This document shows, one piece after another, positions 18,536-28,646 of a DNA stretch of 60,577 bases. The notes under the pieces were generated by a model. The model ran no database searches and was not told the origin of the DNA. It saw only the letters and a program-made list of their open reading frames with translations. The stretch is from contig JAGWGW010000006.1 of assembly GCA_028867135.1 (NCBI GenBank), forward strand, positions 1 to 60,577. Reading direction: 5' to 3'. Numbering within the stretch: the first letter of the stretch is position 1; each line of letters begins with the position of its first letter. Both the position numbers and the translations under genes were made by a program. This DNA comes from Candidatus Micrarchaeota archaeon (GTDB taxonomy: Archaea; Micrarchaeota; Micrarchaeia; Micrarchaeales; CABMGC01).

Positions 18536-19537
18536 ATGAGCGGCATAATAGAGATAGACCACCTAGTCAAGAAATTCGAGGACTTCACAGCTGTCGATAA
18601 CATAAGCCTCGACATAAAGGAGGGCGAAATATTCGGAATACTGGGGCCGAACGGCGCCGGAAAGACCACCACCATAAACATGATACTCGGGCTGCTGAAA
18701 CCGACCGCTGGGAAGATACGTGTAAACGGCATGGACGTAAACAAACACCACGAGCAGACGAGGAGCATGCTCGGGTTCATGACGCAGGAAACCGTCGTCG
18801 AGGGGGACCTCACCGCAAGGGACAACCTCTGGCTGTTCGCAAAGCTGTACCATGTACCAGAGGGGGAGATAGAGGGAAGGATCAAGAATGCCCTGGAGGA
18901 ATCCGACCTGATGAACTTCTCGGACAAGAAGGCCGGCACGTTCTCAGGAGGGATGCAGAGGAGGCTTGCGCTCGTGAAGGCGATGATACAGAGGCCCAAG
19001 ATACTCGTGCTAGACGAGCCGACAACCGGCCTCGACGTGCAGAACAGGGTGCGAATGTGGGAGTCGCTAAGGGAGCTGAACAGGAAGAACATGACCTTGA
19101 TAATAACGACCCAGTACCTTGAAGAGGCCGACTTCCTGTGCAACAGGATAGCGATAATAGACCACGGCAAGATAAAGGCGATAGGCACGCCGTCAGAGCT
19201 CAAGAAGATGGTCGGCACAGGCAGGATACTTGAGATAGTTCTGAACAGCAAGGAGGATGCGGGAAATGTAGTGAAGGTGCTGAAGGGCTCCTTCAAGCTC
19301 AGTCCTGATGTAAAGGGCGAGAAGATACTCTGCCCCGTAGACAGCTCACGAAGCGATATACTTACAAAGATACTTGGCGAACTCGACAGGAAGAAACTGA
19401 GAGTGGCATCGGTAAACCTTCACATGCCCACCCTAGATGACGTTTTCATAAAGCTCACAGGTTCAGGGCTCAGGGACACTGCAGACAACGATTACCAGGG
19501 ATCCGGAATGAACCTTATGATGAGGGGAAGAAGATGA
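18536..19537 (+). CDS. ABC transporter ATP-binding protein (ABC-2 type)
   Basis: Walker A GPNGAGKTT, signature FSGGMQRRLAL, Walker B LVLDEPTTGLD. Confidence 0.85.
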   Translation: MSGIIEIDHLVKKFEDFTAVDNISLDIKEGEIFGILGPNGAGKTTTINMILGLLKPTAGKIRVNGMDVNKHHEQTRSMLGFMTQETVVEGDLTARDNLWLFAKLYHVPEGEIEGRIKNALEESDLMNFSDKKAGTFSGGMQRRLALVKAMIQRPKILVLDEPTTGLDVQNRVRMWESLRELNRKNMTLIITTQYLEEADFLCNRIAIIDHGKIKAIGTPSELKKMVGTGRILEIVLNSKEDAGNVVKVLKGSFKLSPDVKGEKILCPVDSSRSDILTKILGELDRKKLRVASVNLHMPTLDDVFIKLTGSGLRDTADNDYQGSGMNLMMRGRR

Positions 19538-20655
19538 GCCTGCTATCCGATTCAATAACGCTTTATACAAGGGAACTGCTCATCTTCAAGGCCAACCTCA
19601 GGACCAACATCATGAGGTCCGTGATGTTCCCCTTCGTCATCATACTCTTCTTCGGAAGCATAGGCGCGATAGCGCTGAATACGCCGATAGCCATCGTGAA
19701 CTATGCGAACAACCCGCAGTCCCTTTCGCTGATAAGCAGCCTGGGCTCAACAAACAACGTAAAGATCTATACCATAACAGACCAGAACACGGCGCTCAAG
19801 CTGCTGCAGGACGGGAAGGTCCAGGCTGTCGTAGTCATACTCCCAACGTTCCCGAGCATGACTCCGAACGTTCCAGGAGTGCAACTCTACTATTCCACGA
19901 TACAATCGTCATCAGTGACTTTTGCAGTCCAGTACATAACAAACACCGCGAACAGGTTCGGCGCGGTATCGCAGCAAGGCAATCTAACAGTCCAGAAGCA
20001 GAGCGGACAGGTCACTCCGATAATACTCTACGGGACCAAGGGCTCCTACAAGGACTTCCTCACCGCAGGGATACTGGGCATGATAGTCGTATTCACGTCG
20101 ATATTCAGCGGCGGGATAGCCTTCATATCCGACAGGCAGCTGGGCAACGTGAAGATGTTCCTGATAACGCCGATAAGCAAGAACGCGATAGTGCTGAGCA
20201 AGGTCTTTGCAGGCGCCACCTTCTCTCTCATATCAGCTTTCCTGGCGCTCGGCATAGGCGTGCTGCTCGGCGCGAAGGTGGCCATGCAGCCGATAGAGGC
20301 GATACCGCTGATCGCGGTCACCGTGGGCGTACTGGGCGCCGGCTTCAGCTCGCTGGCGATGATAATAGCGACAAAGGTGAAGAAGGTAGACGCGTACGCC
20401 ATATTCGGCCAGGCCATAGGGCTCCCGCTATGGTTCATAGCGGGAGGGATCACCCCTGTGCAGAGCCTGCCTACGTGGCTCCAGCCGCTCTCGACCTTCG
20501 ACCCGCTTACGTATGCGAACATCATAAACAGGGCAGTGGTCATGCAGGGCGTGATACCGCTCGGCCAGTTCCTCGAGTCCATCGGAGTGATAATAGCCTT
20601 CACGCTGGTGCTGACGCTTATCAGCTTCAGGATGTTCAAGTCCACGATAGAATAA
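19534..20655 (+). CDS. ABC-2 type transporter permease
   Basis: Six TM helices. 4-nt overlap with the ATPase gene. Confidence 0.7.
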   Translation: MSLLSDSITLYTRELLIFKANLRTNIMRSVMFPFVIILFFGSIGAIALNTPIAIVNYANNPQSLSLISSLGSTNNVKIYTITDQNTALKLLQDGKVQAVVVILPTFPSMTPNVPGVQLYYSTIQSSSVTFAVQYITNTANRFGAVSQQGNLTVQKQSGQVTPIILYGTKGSYKDFLTAGILGMIVVFTSIFSGGIAFISDRQLGNVKMFLITPISKNAIVLSKVFAGATFSLISAFLALGIGVLLGAKVAMQPIEAIPLIAVTVGVLGAGFSSLAMIIATKVKKVDAYAIFGQAIGLPLWFIAGGITPVQSLPTWLQPLSTFDPLTYANIINRAVVMQGVIPLGQFLESIGVIIAFTLVLTLISFRMFKSTIE

Positions 20656-20682
20656 TAATACTATAATTGAAATGGTGCAAAT

Positions 20683-22335
20683 ATGAGACAAATATTGCAA
20701 ACTGCTGTTGCCGCTGCGCTGCTGTCAACGCTATTGGGCATCGCATTGGCCCAATCGTCATCCGTATCGGGCGCATTGTCGGTAGCCAACCTGAACGTGG
20801 CCCCGGAACCGATCCTGCCAGGCCAGAACGTGACCATATACTTCCAGCTTTACAACTCGTACACCTCTTCGCTGAGCAATGTCAACCTCTGGCTTCAGGG
20901 CTCCTACCCGCTGCTGAACTACTCGCCTGCAAACACCACGATAATAAGCTCTATCGCGACAGGCCTGAACACCGGTGGCCTCAACTACAAGGGGGTCGGC
21001 AACTACTATACGTATACCCTGCACATACCCAGGAACATAAAGGGCGGCTCATACACGCTGCACCTGATGGCCAGCTATACCGCTGTTCCGTCTGCCTCAT
21101 CCGGAACCTCTTCCGCGGTCACAGGCACATCCGACGTGCCCATAACGATATTCATATCGGGAACGCCCAACATCGCGCTAACGGCAAGCCCGAGTCCGCA
21201 GATAGTGCCCGGCCAGCAGTCAGATGTGAAGATAAGCGCGACTAACGCAGGAACGGACAACGCTACGAACGTAAGCATAAAGGTGCTGAATTCGAGGAAC
21301 TTCAGTGTCGCAGGTTCAAGCATGCTGAACCTCGGGACCATAGCCCAGGAGGCGTCAGGCAGCGGAACTGTCACGCTGCAGGCAAACACCAGCCTTGCAA
21401 GCGGAAATAGCTCCATACCGATGCTGCTTACGTACTCGACATTGGCAGGTGCAAACTACTCCAAGGTTGTCATGGTGCCTGTAAGCGTGCTGATAAACAG
21501 GCCGAACATAGTCGCTAGCATAATCGACGCAACGCCCACTGTGCTCCGTTCGGGCGCAAACCAGACCCTGACAGTAGGCATACAGAACATAGGGACAGGG
21601 GTCGCAAAGAACCTGACAGTGAGCTTCATGAGCACATCCAATATAACTGTCGGCAATGCCGCATCCGGCATATTCATAGCTACGCTGCAGCCGAACCAGA
21701 CTGCAACATACGGCATATCGATAACCGCAAGCTCCAACGCAAACTATACGAGCTACAGCATACCCATACGCATGGGCTACCAGACCGCCAACTACCAGCA
21801 GTCGATAAGCAAGAACACATCCATCAACGTCACGTTGCAGAAGGCCGCGATATTCAACGTCACTGGCGTCAGCGGCTACCTGAATGTCGGCGGCACCTAC
21901 GTGCCCCTTACGTTCACGGTCAGGAACGTGGGCAACGAGCCCGCCAACCATGTCACTGTCAGCCTGCAGACCATATATCCGATATCGAGCGCGAACTCGA
22001 ACGCGTACGTCGAGAGCCTTGCGCCAGGTCAGTCCAGGCAGGTGACCTTCTACGTCAACGTGGACTCGCAGGGCAATCCAGGCCCTTATCCTGTGACATT
22101 GTACGAGCAGTGGACGCAGCCTAACGGGGCGACAAACCAGCAGTACACGGGCTCCAACAACTACTACGCAAACGTTGGAGGAACGGGCAACGGCCCGATG
22201 AGCAAGCTGCCGATATCCGACATAGTGCTGGGCATAATAATAGTGGTTGCTGCTGCGCTCCTGCTCAGGAGGTTCAGGCCTGAGATATTTGCAAGGAGCG
22301 GCAAGAATGGAAAGGCAGAAAAGCCTAAGAAGTGA
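20683..22335 (+). CDS. surface protein with CARDB/DUF11-like repeats, signal peptide and C-terminal TM anchor
   Basis: Signal peptide (…ALAQSSS). Repetitive Ig-like segments rich in N-x-S/T. C-terminal LPISDIVLGIIIVVAAALLLRRFR anchor plus basic tail. Confidence 0.55.
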   Translation: MRQILQTAVAAALLSTLLGIALAQSSSVSGALSVANLNVAPEPILPGQNVTIYFQLYNSYTSSLSNVNLWLQGSYPLLNYSPANTTIISSIATGLNTGGLNYKGVGNYYTYTLHIPRNIKGGSYTLHLMASYTAVPSASSGTSSAVTGTSDVPITIFISGTPNIALTASPSPQIVPGQQSDVKISATNAGTDNATNVSIKVLNSRNFSVAGSSMLNLGTIAQEASGSGTVTLQANTSLASGNSSIPMLLTYSTLAGANYSKVVMVPVSVLINRPNIVASIIDATPTVLRSGANQTLTVGIQNIGTGVAKNLTVSFMSTSNITVGNAASGIFIATLQPNQTATYGISITASSNANYTSYSIPIRMGYQTANYQQSISKNTSINVTLQKAAIFNVTGVSGYLNVGGTYVPLTFTVRNVGNEPANHVTVSLQTIYPISSANSNAYVESLAPGQSRQVTFYVNVDSQGNPGPYPVTLYEQWTQPNGATNQQYTGSNNYYANVGGTGNGPMSKLPISDIVLGIIIVVAAALLLRRFRPEIFARSGKNGKAEKPKK

Positions 22336-22353
22336 AGAGAATGCTGTGGTTTC

Positions 22354-23154
22354 ATGACTGCTGAGATTGGTATAATTGGCGGATCCGGCTTCTATTCGTT
22401 GATAGAAGGCGCAAGGTCCGAGAGCGCCGCATCTGAATACGGCAGCGCAAGCGATGCGCTATCTATTGGCAGGATGAGCGGCAGGGATGTCGCCTTCCTG
22501 CCAAGGCACGGGACGATGCACACAATACCCCCGCACAAGGTCCCGTACAGGGCCAACATTGACTCGATGTCAAAGCTGGGGGTCGAGAGAATACTCGCGA
22601 CAAACGCTGTAGGGTCGCTCAAGGAGGATTACAGGCCAGGAGAGCTTGTCCTTTTCGACCAGTTCTTCAACGCAACCAATGGAAGGAGCGACACGTTCTA
22701 CGACAAGGACATAGTCGCGCACATGAGCATAGCGGAGCCATACTGCCCCGAGCTGAGGAGTGTTGCGGCAGAGGCGCTGGACAAGCTCGGATACCCGTAC
22801 CACAAGGCAGGCACGGTGGTCGTGATAAACGGGCCCAGGTTCTCCACAAAATCCGAATCCAGGTTCTTCGCAAGGCAGGGATTCGAGACCATCAACATGA
22901 CTCAGTATCCAGAGGTCGTCCTCGCCCGCGAGAAGGGCATATGCTACCTAGGCATAGGCCTTGTGACGGATTACGATGTAGGGCTTGAGGGCACGAGCAT
23001 AAGGCCTGTCACTGCAGAGCAGGTGATGAAGACGTTTGCTGAGAACGTAGAGAAGGCGAAGAGGCTCGTCTCCGAGCTTGTGCCCATGATACCAAAAAAT
23101 AGGGGCTGCAACTGCTCAAGGTCCATGGACGGGGCAATACAGACGAGAAAGTGA
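22354..23154 (+). CDS. mtnP: S-methyl-5'-thioadenosine phosphorylase / purine nucleoside phosphorylase family
   Basis: IGIIGGSG, PRHGTMHTIPPHKVPYRANI, ATNAVGSL and LFDQFFNAT patterns of the MTAP family. Confidence 0.65.
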   Translation: MTAEIGIIGGSGFYSLIEGARSESAASEYGSASDALSIGRMSGRDVAFLPRHGTMHTIPPHKVPYRANIDSMSKLGVERILATNAVGSLKEDYRPGELVLFDQFFNATNGRSDTFYDKDIVAHMSIAEPYCPELRSVAAEALDKLGYPYHKAGTVVVINGPRFSTKSESRFFARQGFETINMTQYPEVVLAREKGICYLGIGLVTDYDVGLEGTSIRPVTAEQVMKTFAENVEKAKRLVSELVPMIPKNRGCNCSRSMDGAIQTRK

Positions 23155-23188
23155 TTTTAAGCTTATCCAACGATGCATATCTGATATC

Positions 23189-24076
23189 ATGGGAATACAA
23201 GTAGTGGATGCTGTAAGCAGTTCGATAACGAGGCTGTTCACAGATAGGGGCCTGCTGCTGATGTCCGTAATAGAATCGGCAATACTCATCGCGCTGTCCA
23301 TGCTCTATTCCAGCGGTCCTATTTCGAACATCACCGGAACTCTCTCTAGCGTGAACCCCTCAGACGTCGGCACCATAGCGGCAGGCATACTTCAGCTCAT
23401 CGCGCTGGTCATAGTAACGCTGCTTGTGCAGGCGTTCTTCGTCTTTGCGATACTCTCGAAGTCATTCTACGGGATCAAGATGGGCGTCAACGAGGCCTTC
23501 AACGCGTCGATCAACAGGTACTTTACGGGCATAATAGCCGCGCTGGTCATAGGCATCGCAATAGTTGTCCCCTACGTTGTCCTCATACTGCTAGCTGCGC
23601 TCGCGCCGATAGCCATCGTGCTGTTCGTCCCCTACCTTATCTATGTCGTATATGTCTCTACGATGCTCAGCCTCTCGCTTCCTTACGCTGTCATAGGAAA
23701 GCAGGGCGCCATCGACTCGCTGCGCAGCAGCTGGAATTCGGTAAAGGGCAGCTGGTGGTCCGTCTTCTCCGCGTACCTGCTCCTGGGAGCCGTATACCTT
23801 GTGGTATCGATAATAATCCAGCTTCCTGTCTATCTGCAGCTACTGCCAGCGTACTTCAGCGCGTTCGCTAGCGGCGCAGCAAGCCCCGCGCAGGCGCAGG
23901 CTCTGACAGCAACAGCCACCAGCGTGGCAAACTCGCCGATAGGCATAGCGACAGGGTTCGTAGCCCAGATACTTGGTGCATGGCTCGTGATACTGTTCGC
24001 TATGGTGTACTCGCAGCTTTCAAAGCCGCAGGAGCAGCAGAAGCAGCCAAAACCTGCAAGTAAAATGCCGAAGTAA
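23189..24076 (+). CDS. hypothetical polytopic membrane protein
   Basis: 295 aa, 6-7 TM helices, QEQQKQPKP tail. Confidence 0.45.
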   Translation: MGIQVVDAVSSSITRLFTDRGLLLMSVIESAILIALSMLYSSGPISNITGTLSSVNPSDVGTIAAGILQLIALVIVTLLVQAFFVFAILSKSFYGIKMGVNEAFNASINRYFTGIIAALVIGIAIVVPYVVLILLAALAPIAIVLFVPYLIYVVYVSTMLSLSLPYAVIGKQGAIDSLRSSWNSVKGSWWSVFSAYLLLGAVYLVVSIIIQLPVYLQLLPAYFSAFASGAASPAQAQALTATATSVANSPIGIATGFVAQILGAWLVILFAMVYSQLSKPQEQQKQPKPASKMPK

Positions 24077-24094
24077 GCTTTAAATAGTTACGCA

Positions 24095-24110
24095 GCTATA
24101 AAAATCTTAA
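24095..24110 (+). promoter_or_regulatory. candidate BRE/TATA promoter for rnp1-ribosomal operon
   Basis: gctataaaaatc about 25 nt upstream of the rnp1 ATG (leaderless-type spacing). A second TTTAAATA lies at 24079. Confidence 0.35.
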
Positions 24111-24126
24111 CTATCCAGTCTAACTG

Positions 24127-24420
24127 ATGGAATACAACAACAGGAACATTGTGCTTCACGAGCTCATCGGGCTCAAGGTACGGGTCATCAAGTCGCTGGA
24201 TAAGAAGCAAAGAGGATTGTCCGGGACCGTGGTCGACGAGACCAAGAATACCCTGGAAATAAGGAAAGGAGCGGAAAGGAAACGGGTGATCAAGAAGATC
24301 TCCGTGTTCAAATTCTACGCTTCCGGAAGATCCTTTATTGTAAATGGTGAAGAGATAAGTTTCAGGCCCCATGAGAGGCTAGAAAAGGCGCTGAAGTATT
24401 ACAAGAGAAGAGAAGCATAA
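24127..24420 (+). CDS. rnp1: RNase P protein component 1 (Rpp29/Pop4)
   Basis: ELIGLKVRVIKS…GLSGTVVDETKNTLEI pattern. Canonical position upstream of S17. Confidence 0.7.
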   Translation: MEYNNRNIVLHELIGLKVRVIKSLDKKQRGLSGTVVDETKNTLEIRKGAERKRVIKKISVFKFYASGRSFIVNGEEISFRPHERLEKALKYYKRREA

Positions 24421-24429
24421 AGTGCTATT

Positions 24430-24714
24430 ATGGAATGCAAGGATCCTAAGTGCCCAATCCACGGGCACGTAAAGACAAGAGGAATGCAGTTCGACGGACT
24501 CGTAGTTAGCGACAAGGCCAAGCGGACAGTCATAGTGAAGGTAGACTACACCAAGTACATCTACAAGTACGAGAGGTATCTCAGGAAGAGATCCAGGATA
24601 CCTGCCCATAACCCCGAATGCATAAACGCGAAGGCGGGCGACATGGTAAGCATCGCCGAGACAAGGAGGCTCAGCAAGACCAAGTCCTTCGCTGTGATAG
24701 GGATGGCCAAGTGA
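24430..24714 (+). CDS. rps17: 30S ribosomal protein S17 (uS17)
   Basis: GMQFDGLVVSDKAKRTVIVKVDY…. Confidence 0.85.
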   Translation: MECKDPKCPIHGHVKTRGMQFDGLVVSDKAKRTVIVKVDYTKYIYKYERYLRKRSRIPAHNPECINAKAGDMVSIAETRRLSKTKSFAVIGMAK

Positions 24715-24718
24715 TACC

Positions 24719-25120
24719 ATGAAGGGAATATCGTCAGTGATAATGAAGACGCTCGTTCCAGGAGCCGTAATCCCGTGTGCTGACAACAGCGGAGCCTACG
24801 AGTTCAGGATGATACACATAATAGGAAAGACGGGAGGCAGGCACGGGAAGCAGACGGCAGTGGGAGTGGGCGACATAGTCTCGTGCAGCGTCAGGAAGGG
24901 AACGGCCACGTACCTCAAGAAGCCTGTCAGGGTCATAGTGATAAGGCAGAAGGCGTACATCAGGAGGGCGAACGGCATGAGGGTGAAGTTCGAGGACAAT
25001 GCCGGCATAATGGTGACCGAGGACAACCTCCCTGTAGGGACCGAGGTGAAGGGCGCGATGGCAAGGGAGGTAGTCGAGAGGTTCGTAAAGGTAGCAGGGG
25101 TCGCATCAAGGATAGTGTGA
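24719..25120 (+). CDS. rpl14: 50S ribosomal protein L14 (uL14)
   Basis: IPCADNSGA…GDIV… pattern. Confidence 0.9.
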   Translation: MKGISSVIMKTLVPGAVIPCADNSGAYEFRMIHIIGKTGGRHGKQTAVGVGDIVSCSVRKGTATYLKKPVRVIVIRQKAYIRRANGMRVKFEDNAGIMVTEDNLPVGTEVKGAMAREVVERFVKVAGVASRIV

Positions 25121-25125
25121 TTATC

Positions 25126-25497
25126 ATGATAAAGAGCGCGCAGAAGAGGAAGCAAAGGAAGTTCAGGTTCACCGCACCGATGCACGAGAGGCAGAAGTTC
25201 GCCAACGCGCACGTCTCAAAGGAGCTCGCATCGAAGCTGGGGATAAAGAGGAGGAGCATGCAGATAAGGAAGGGAGACACGGTCAAGGTCATGGCCGGCG
25301 ACAACAAGGGCAAGAGCGGAAAGGTGAACGACGTCAATCTTCTAAAGGGCACGGTGAGCGTAGACGGGATAATCAGGAAGAACGCCAAAGGGAAGGAGAT
25401 GCCCATACCGATAAGCGCATCGAACGTATACATAACGGAGGTCGACACGACAGACAAGGCAAGGCAGGCCAAGATAGACTCGTTCAAGAGGAAGTGA
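25126..25497 (+). CDS. rpl24: 50S ribosomal protein L24 (uL24)
   Basis: MIKSAQKRKQRKF…IRKGDTVKVMAGDNKGKSGKV (KOW). Confidence 0.85.
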   Translation: MIKSAQKRKQRKFRFTAPMHERQKFANAHVSKELASKLGIKRRSMQIRKGDTVKVMAGDNKGKSGKVNDVNLLKGTVSVDGIIRKNAKGKEMPIPISASNVYITEVDTTDKARQAKIDSFKRK

Positions 25498-26183
25498 TGA
25501 GCATGGGAGCAAAAGGAAACCAAAGGCACGTTAAGAGAATAGCGTCAAACAGGTACCTTCACGTTGAGAGGAAGATCAAGAAGTACGTAATGAAGCCAAA
25601 CGCGGGAAGGCACACGGGCAGCTCGAGCATAGCGCTGTCCACCGTGCTCAAGGAGAAGCTCATGCTCGCAAAGAATTCGTTCGAGGCCAACAAGGCGCTG
25701 AAGAGCGGCTCGATAGAGGTCAACGGCAGGGCCGTGCATGACGGAAGGTATCCGGTAGGCTTCGGAGACATAATACACATAAAACCGGCCAGGGAGAGCT
25801 TCACCGTCTATGTCGGCAAGAAGGGGGTCGTGGATTTCAGGAAGCATTCAGGAAAGGAGGAGCAGGCATTCAAGGTCATAGGCAAGTACCTCACAAACGG
25901 GAGGAAGATCATGGTAAGACTGCACAACGGCAACGTGCTCGAGGGCAGCAAGGACGTCATGGTGAACGACTCGGTGACGCTCAAGAACGGATCCATAGAC
26001 AAGGTCATGAAGCTGAAGGAAGGCGCAAGCTGCCTTGTGATAAAGGGAGTGCACGCGTCTGAGAGCGGAACGATAAGGAGCATAAAGAAGGGGACTGCGA
26101 CAAGGCCCCCCACGGTCGAGATCGAGGGCAAGAAGGGCAGCGCCGAGACGCTGCTAGACAATATAATGGTAGTTGGAGGATGA
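25494..26183 (+). CDS. rps4e: 30S ribosomal protein S4e
   Basis: HVKRIASNRYLHVERK… typical eS4. Confidence 0.85.
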   Translation: MMSMGAKGNQRHVKRIASNRYLHVERKIKKYVMKPNAGRHTGSSSIALSTVLKEKLMLAKNSFEANKALKSGSIEVNGRAVHDGRYPVGFGDIIHIKPARESFTVYVGKKGVVDFRKHSGKEEQAFKVIGKYLTNGRKIMVRLHNGNVLEGSKDVMVNDSVTLKNGSIDKVMKLKEGASCLVIKGVHASESGTIRSIKKGTATRPPTVEIEGKKGSAETLLDNIMVVGG

Positions 26184-26713
26184 GCATGGCAGACAATCCG
26201 ATGCAGGGCATCTATCTCGACAAGGTCGTCGTAAACATAGGCATCGGAGACAACGAGAACCTTTTCCAGAACGCGAAGCTGCTGCTCGAGAAGTTGACAG
26301 GGCGCAAGCCTGTCGCAGCAAGGTCCAGGACAAGGCAGCCAGAGCTGAAGCTTAGGAAAGGCCAGATAATAGGCGCGTTCGTGACATTGAGGGATGATGA
26401 TGCGAGGGACATGCTGAAGAGGGCGCTCGACGCCAACGACAACATAGTCAGCGAGAGGGGCATAGCAGGCAACTCGTTCAGTTTCGGAGTAAAGGAGTAC
26501 ATCTACTTCCCGGGAGTGAAATACGACCCCAAGATAGGCATGCTCGGGCTCAACGTCAACGCGGCTTTCAGGAGAAAGGGCAAGAGAGTGGAGACAAGAA
26601 AGAGGAAAAGGTCCAAGGTCGCGGCAACGCATAGGGAGATACCGAACACTGCGATCATGGGATACCTGAAGGACAACTTCAAGGTGAGCACGGGGAACGC
26701 AGCAGAGGCATGA
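26180..26713 (+). CDS. rpl5: 50S ribosomal protein L5 (uL5)
   Basis: VVNIGIGDN…. Confidence 0.85.
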   Translation: MSMADNPMQGIYLDKVVVNIGIGDNENLFQNAKLLLEKLTGRKPVAARSRTRQPELKLRKGQIIGAFVTLRDDDARDMLKRALDANDNIVSERGIAGNSFSFGVKEYIYFPGVKYDPKIGMLGLNVNAAFRRKGKRVETRKRKRSKVAATHREIPNTAIMGYLKDNFKVSTGNAAEA

Positions 26714-26717
26714 TTCC

Positions 26718-26876
26718 ATGAAGATGAGATACGACATGAGGAGGAAAGGAAGGGGCATGAGGAAGTGCAAGATATGCGGAACAGCAAGGGGGCTCATAAG
26801 ATCGTACGGACTCTTCGTATGCAGGAGATGCTTCAGGGAGCTCGGGCCTGAGATAGGCTTCGAGAAATACCAGTGA
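26718..26876 (+). CDS. rps14: 30S ribosomal protein S14 (uS14, zinc-binding type)
   Basis: 52-aa ORF not in the supplied track (MKMRYDMRRKGRGMRKCKICGTARGLIRSYGLFVCRRCFRELG…). CxxC…CxxC. Confidence 0.8.
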   Translation: MKMRYDMRRKGRGMRKCKICGTARGLIRSYGLFVCRRCFRELGPEIGFEKYQ

Positions 26877-26880
26877 TGTT

Positions 26881-27264
26881 ATGGTTGACGTATTCGCAGA
26901 CGCTGTGAACAAGATAAAGGTGTACGAGGACAAGGGCATGTACGAGTGCATGGTGCCGTCCACGAAGCTGCTTGCAGCGGTGCTTTCCAAGATGAAGGAG
27001 AACAACTACATAAAGGATTTCGAGGAGGTGCAGGCAGGGAAGTTCAAGAGCATAAAGATAACGCTTTCGAAGAGGATAAACGACATAGGCGTCATAAAGC
27101 CGAGGTACGCGGTCACGACCGACGACATCCAGAAGTACGAGATGAGGTACATCCCGAGCCTGCACTTCGGCATGCTCATAGTCTCGACGTCGAAGGGCAT
27201 AATGACGAACAAGGAGGCAAGGGAGAACAAGATAGGCGGAAGGCTAATAGCATATGTTTACTGA
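26881..27264 (+). CDS. rps8: 30S ribosomal protein S8 (uS8)
   Basis: Order and sequence pattern. Confidence 0.85.
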   Translation: MVDVFADAVNKIKVYEDKGMYECMVPSTKLLAAVLSKMKENNYIKDFEEVQAGKFKSIKITLSKRINDIGVIKPRYAVTTDDIQKYEMRYIPSLHFGMLIVSTSKGIMTNKEARENKIGGRLIAYVY

Positions 27265-27794
27265 TGATCATGTACGAAATAGAGATACCCAGCGGCACAA
27301 CCGTGCAATTCGCCAACGGCGAGATAACGGTAAAGGGGAAGCTGGGCTCCACAAGGAAGATGTTCAACACAAAGCTTAACACCTACAAGCAGGAAGGCGC
27401 CAAGATAAGCATAGACTGGACCAGGAACAAGAAGCTCGCGAAGAAGGCCGAGCTTGCTGCGACAGCGGTCGCCAACGAGCTAAGGGACGCGCTGAAGTAC
27501 GTCAACGAAGGCATGGAGACGCACATGAAGGTGCTCTACGCGCACTTCCCGATGTCGCTTGAGCTCAAGGGCAAGGAGCTCCACCTGAAGAACGTATTCG
27601 GGGAGAAGGTCCCAAGGACAGCCGCGATAGTGGGCGACACGAAGGTCGAGATAAAGGGTCAGGACGTCAACATCAAGGGCGTCGACAGGTACGATGTCGG
27701 GCAGACCATAGCCAACATAAGGAAGGCGTGCAAGGCTAGAGGCTACGACACAAGGGTGTTCCAGGACGGCATATACGTGAACTCAGAGGAATGA
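27264..27794 (+). CDS. rpl6: 50S ribosomal protein L6 (uL6)
   Basis: MIMYEIEIPSGTTVQF… ATG overlaps the S8 stop (tgATG). Confidence 0.85.
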   Translation: MIMYEIEIPSGTTVQFANGEITVKGKLGSTRKMFNTKLNTYKQEGAKISIDWTRNKKLAKKAELAATAVANELRDALKYVNEGMETHMKVLYAHFPMSLELKGKELHLKNVFGEKVPRTAAIVGDTKVEIKGQDVNIKGVDRYDVGQTIANIRKACKARGYDTRVFQDGIYVNSEE

Positions 27795-27798
27795 TCAT

Positions 27799-28155
27799 AT
27801 GGCTAGCAAGAAGAAGCATCCGACATTTGCGGTTCCGAACCTTGGCGCGAAAGGCAGGTCAAGGGTCAAGGACAGGTGGAGGAAGCAGAGGGGGACCGAC
27901 AACAAGCTGAGGGTCAAGGCGTACGGCCACGGCAACACGCCCAACATAGGCTACAAGAACAGCGACTCCATAAGGAACGCGAGGCCCGACGGCACGATGG
28001 AGATGCTCGTGCACAACGTAAGCGAGCTCATGATGCTTAAGGGAAAGAGCAGCTATTCAGCAGTGCTCTTCCACGGGCTTTCGTCAAGGAAAAGGATGGA
28101 GATGCAGAAGCTCGCAGACGAGAACAGGATAAGGATAACAAACAGGATGAGATAA
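27799..28155 (+). CDS. rpl32e: 50S ribosomal protein L32e
   Basis: RWRKQRGTDNKLR…. Confidence 0.85.
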   Translation: MASKKKHPTFAVPNLGAKGRSRVKDRWRKQRGTDNKLRVKAYGHGNTPNIGYKNSDSIRNARPDGTMEMLVHNVSELMMLKGKSSYSAVLFHGLSSRKRMEMQKLADENRIRITNRMR

Positions 28156-28646
28156 TGTCGATAAGATTCGCAAAAAGGGCTGCAGCGCAGATACTCAACA
28201 GGGGAGCGAGCGCGATAAGGATAAACCCGAACTCATTCTCAGAGGCAGAGAAGGCGCTGACCAAGGAGGACATAAGGAGGCTCATCTCAAGCGGAGGCAT
28301 ATTCGCGGTAAAGGAGAAGCACAACAGGACGAGCAAAGCCAAGAGGCTGAACCAGGCGAGGGCCGAGGGAAGGAGGAGGGGCCCTGGAAGAAGGAGAGGA
28401 ACTAGGAAGGCAAGGCAGGGAAGGACCTGGGAGAAGAAGGTAAGGAGCCAGAGAAGGCTCCTCTCGATGCTCAAGACGATGGGAAGGATAGACAACAAGA
28501 CCTTCACGAGGTTCTACAGGCTGATAAAGGGAAACGTATACGCGACAAAGGCAACGCTCGTTTCGCACCTTCGCGAGGAAGGCGCCAAGATAACCGATCA
28601 GGACGTGACACAGATAAACGATGAGGTAAGGAAGCTGTACAAGTGA
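28155..28646 (+). CDS. rpl19e: 50S ribosomal protein L19e
   Basis: Basic eL19 pattern. Confidence 0.85.
   Translation: MSIRFAKRAAAQILNRGASAIRINPNSFSEAEKALTKEDIRRLISSGGIFAVKEKHNRTSKAKRLNQARAEGRRRGPGRRRGTRKARQGRTWEKKVRSQRRLLSMLKTMGRIDNKTFTRFYRLIKGNVYATKATLVSHLREEGAKITDQDVTQINDEVRKLYK

Noticed and set aside
18202-19296. 364-aa minus-strand ORF antisense to the PadR/ABC ATPase genes
   Set aside because: The sense strand carries unmistakable Walker A/B and signature motifs. The antisense frame is Ser/Pro-rich and not protein-like.
25808-26797. 329-aa ORF on the minus strand across S4e/L5
   Set aside because: Antisense to highly confident ribosomal protein genes. Composition-driven open frame, no protein-like features.
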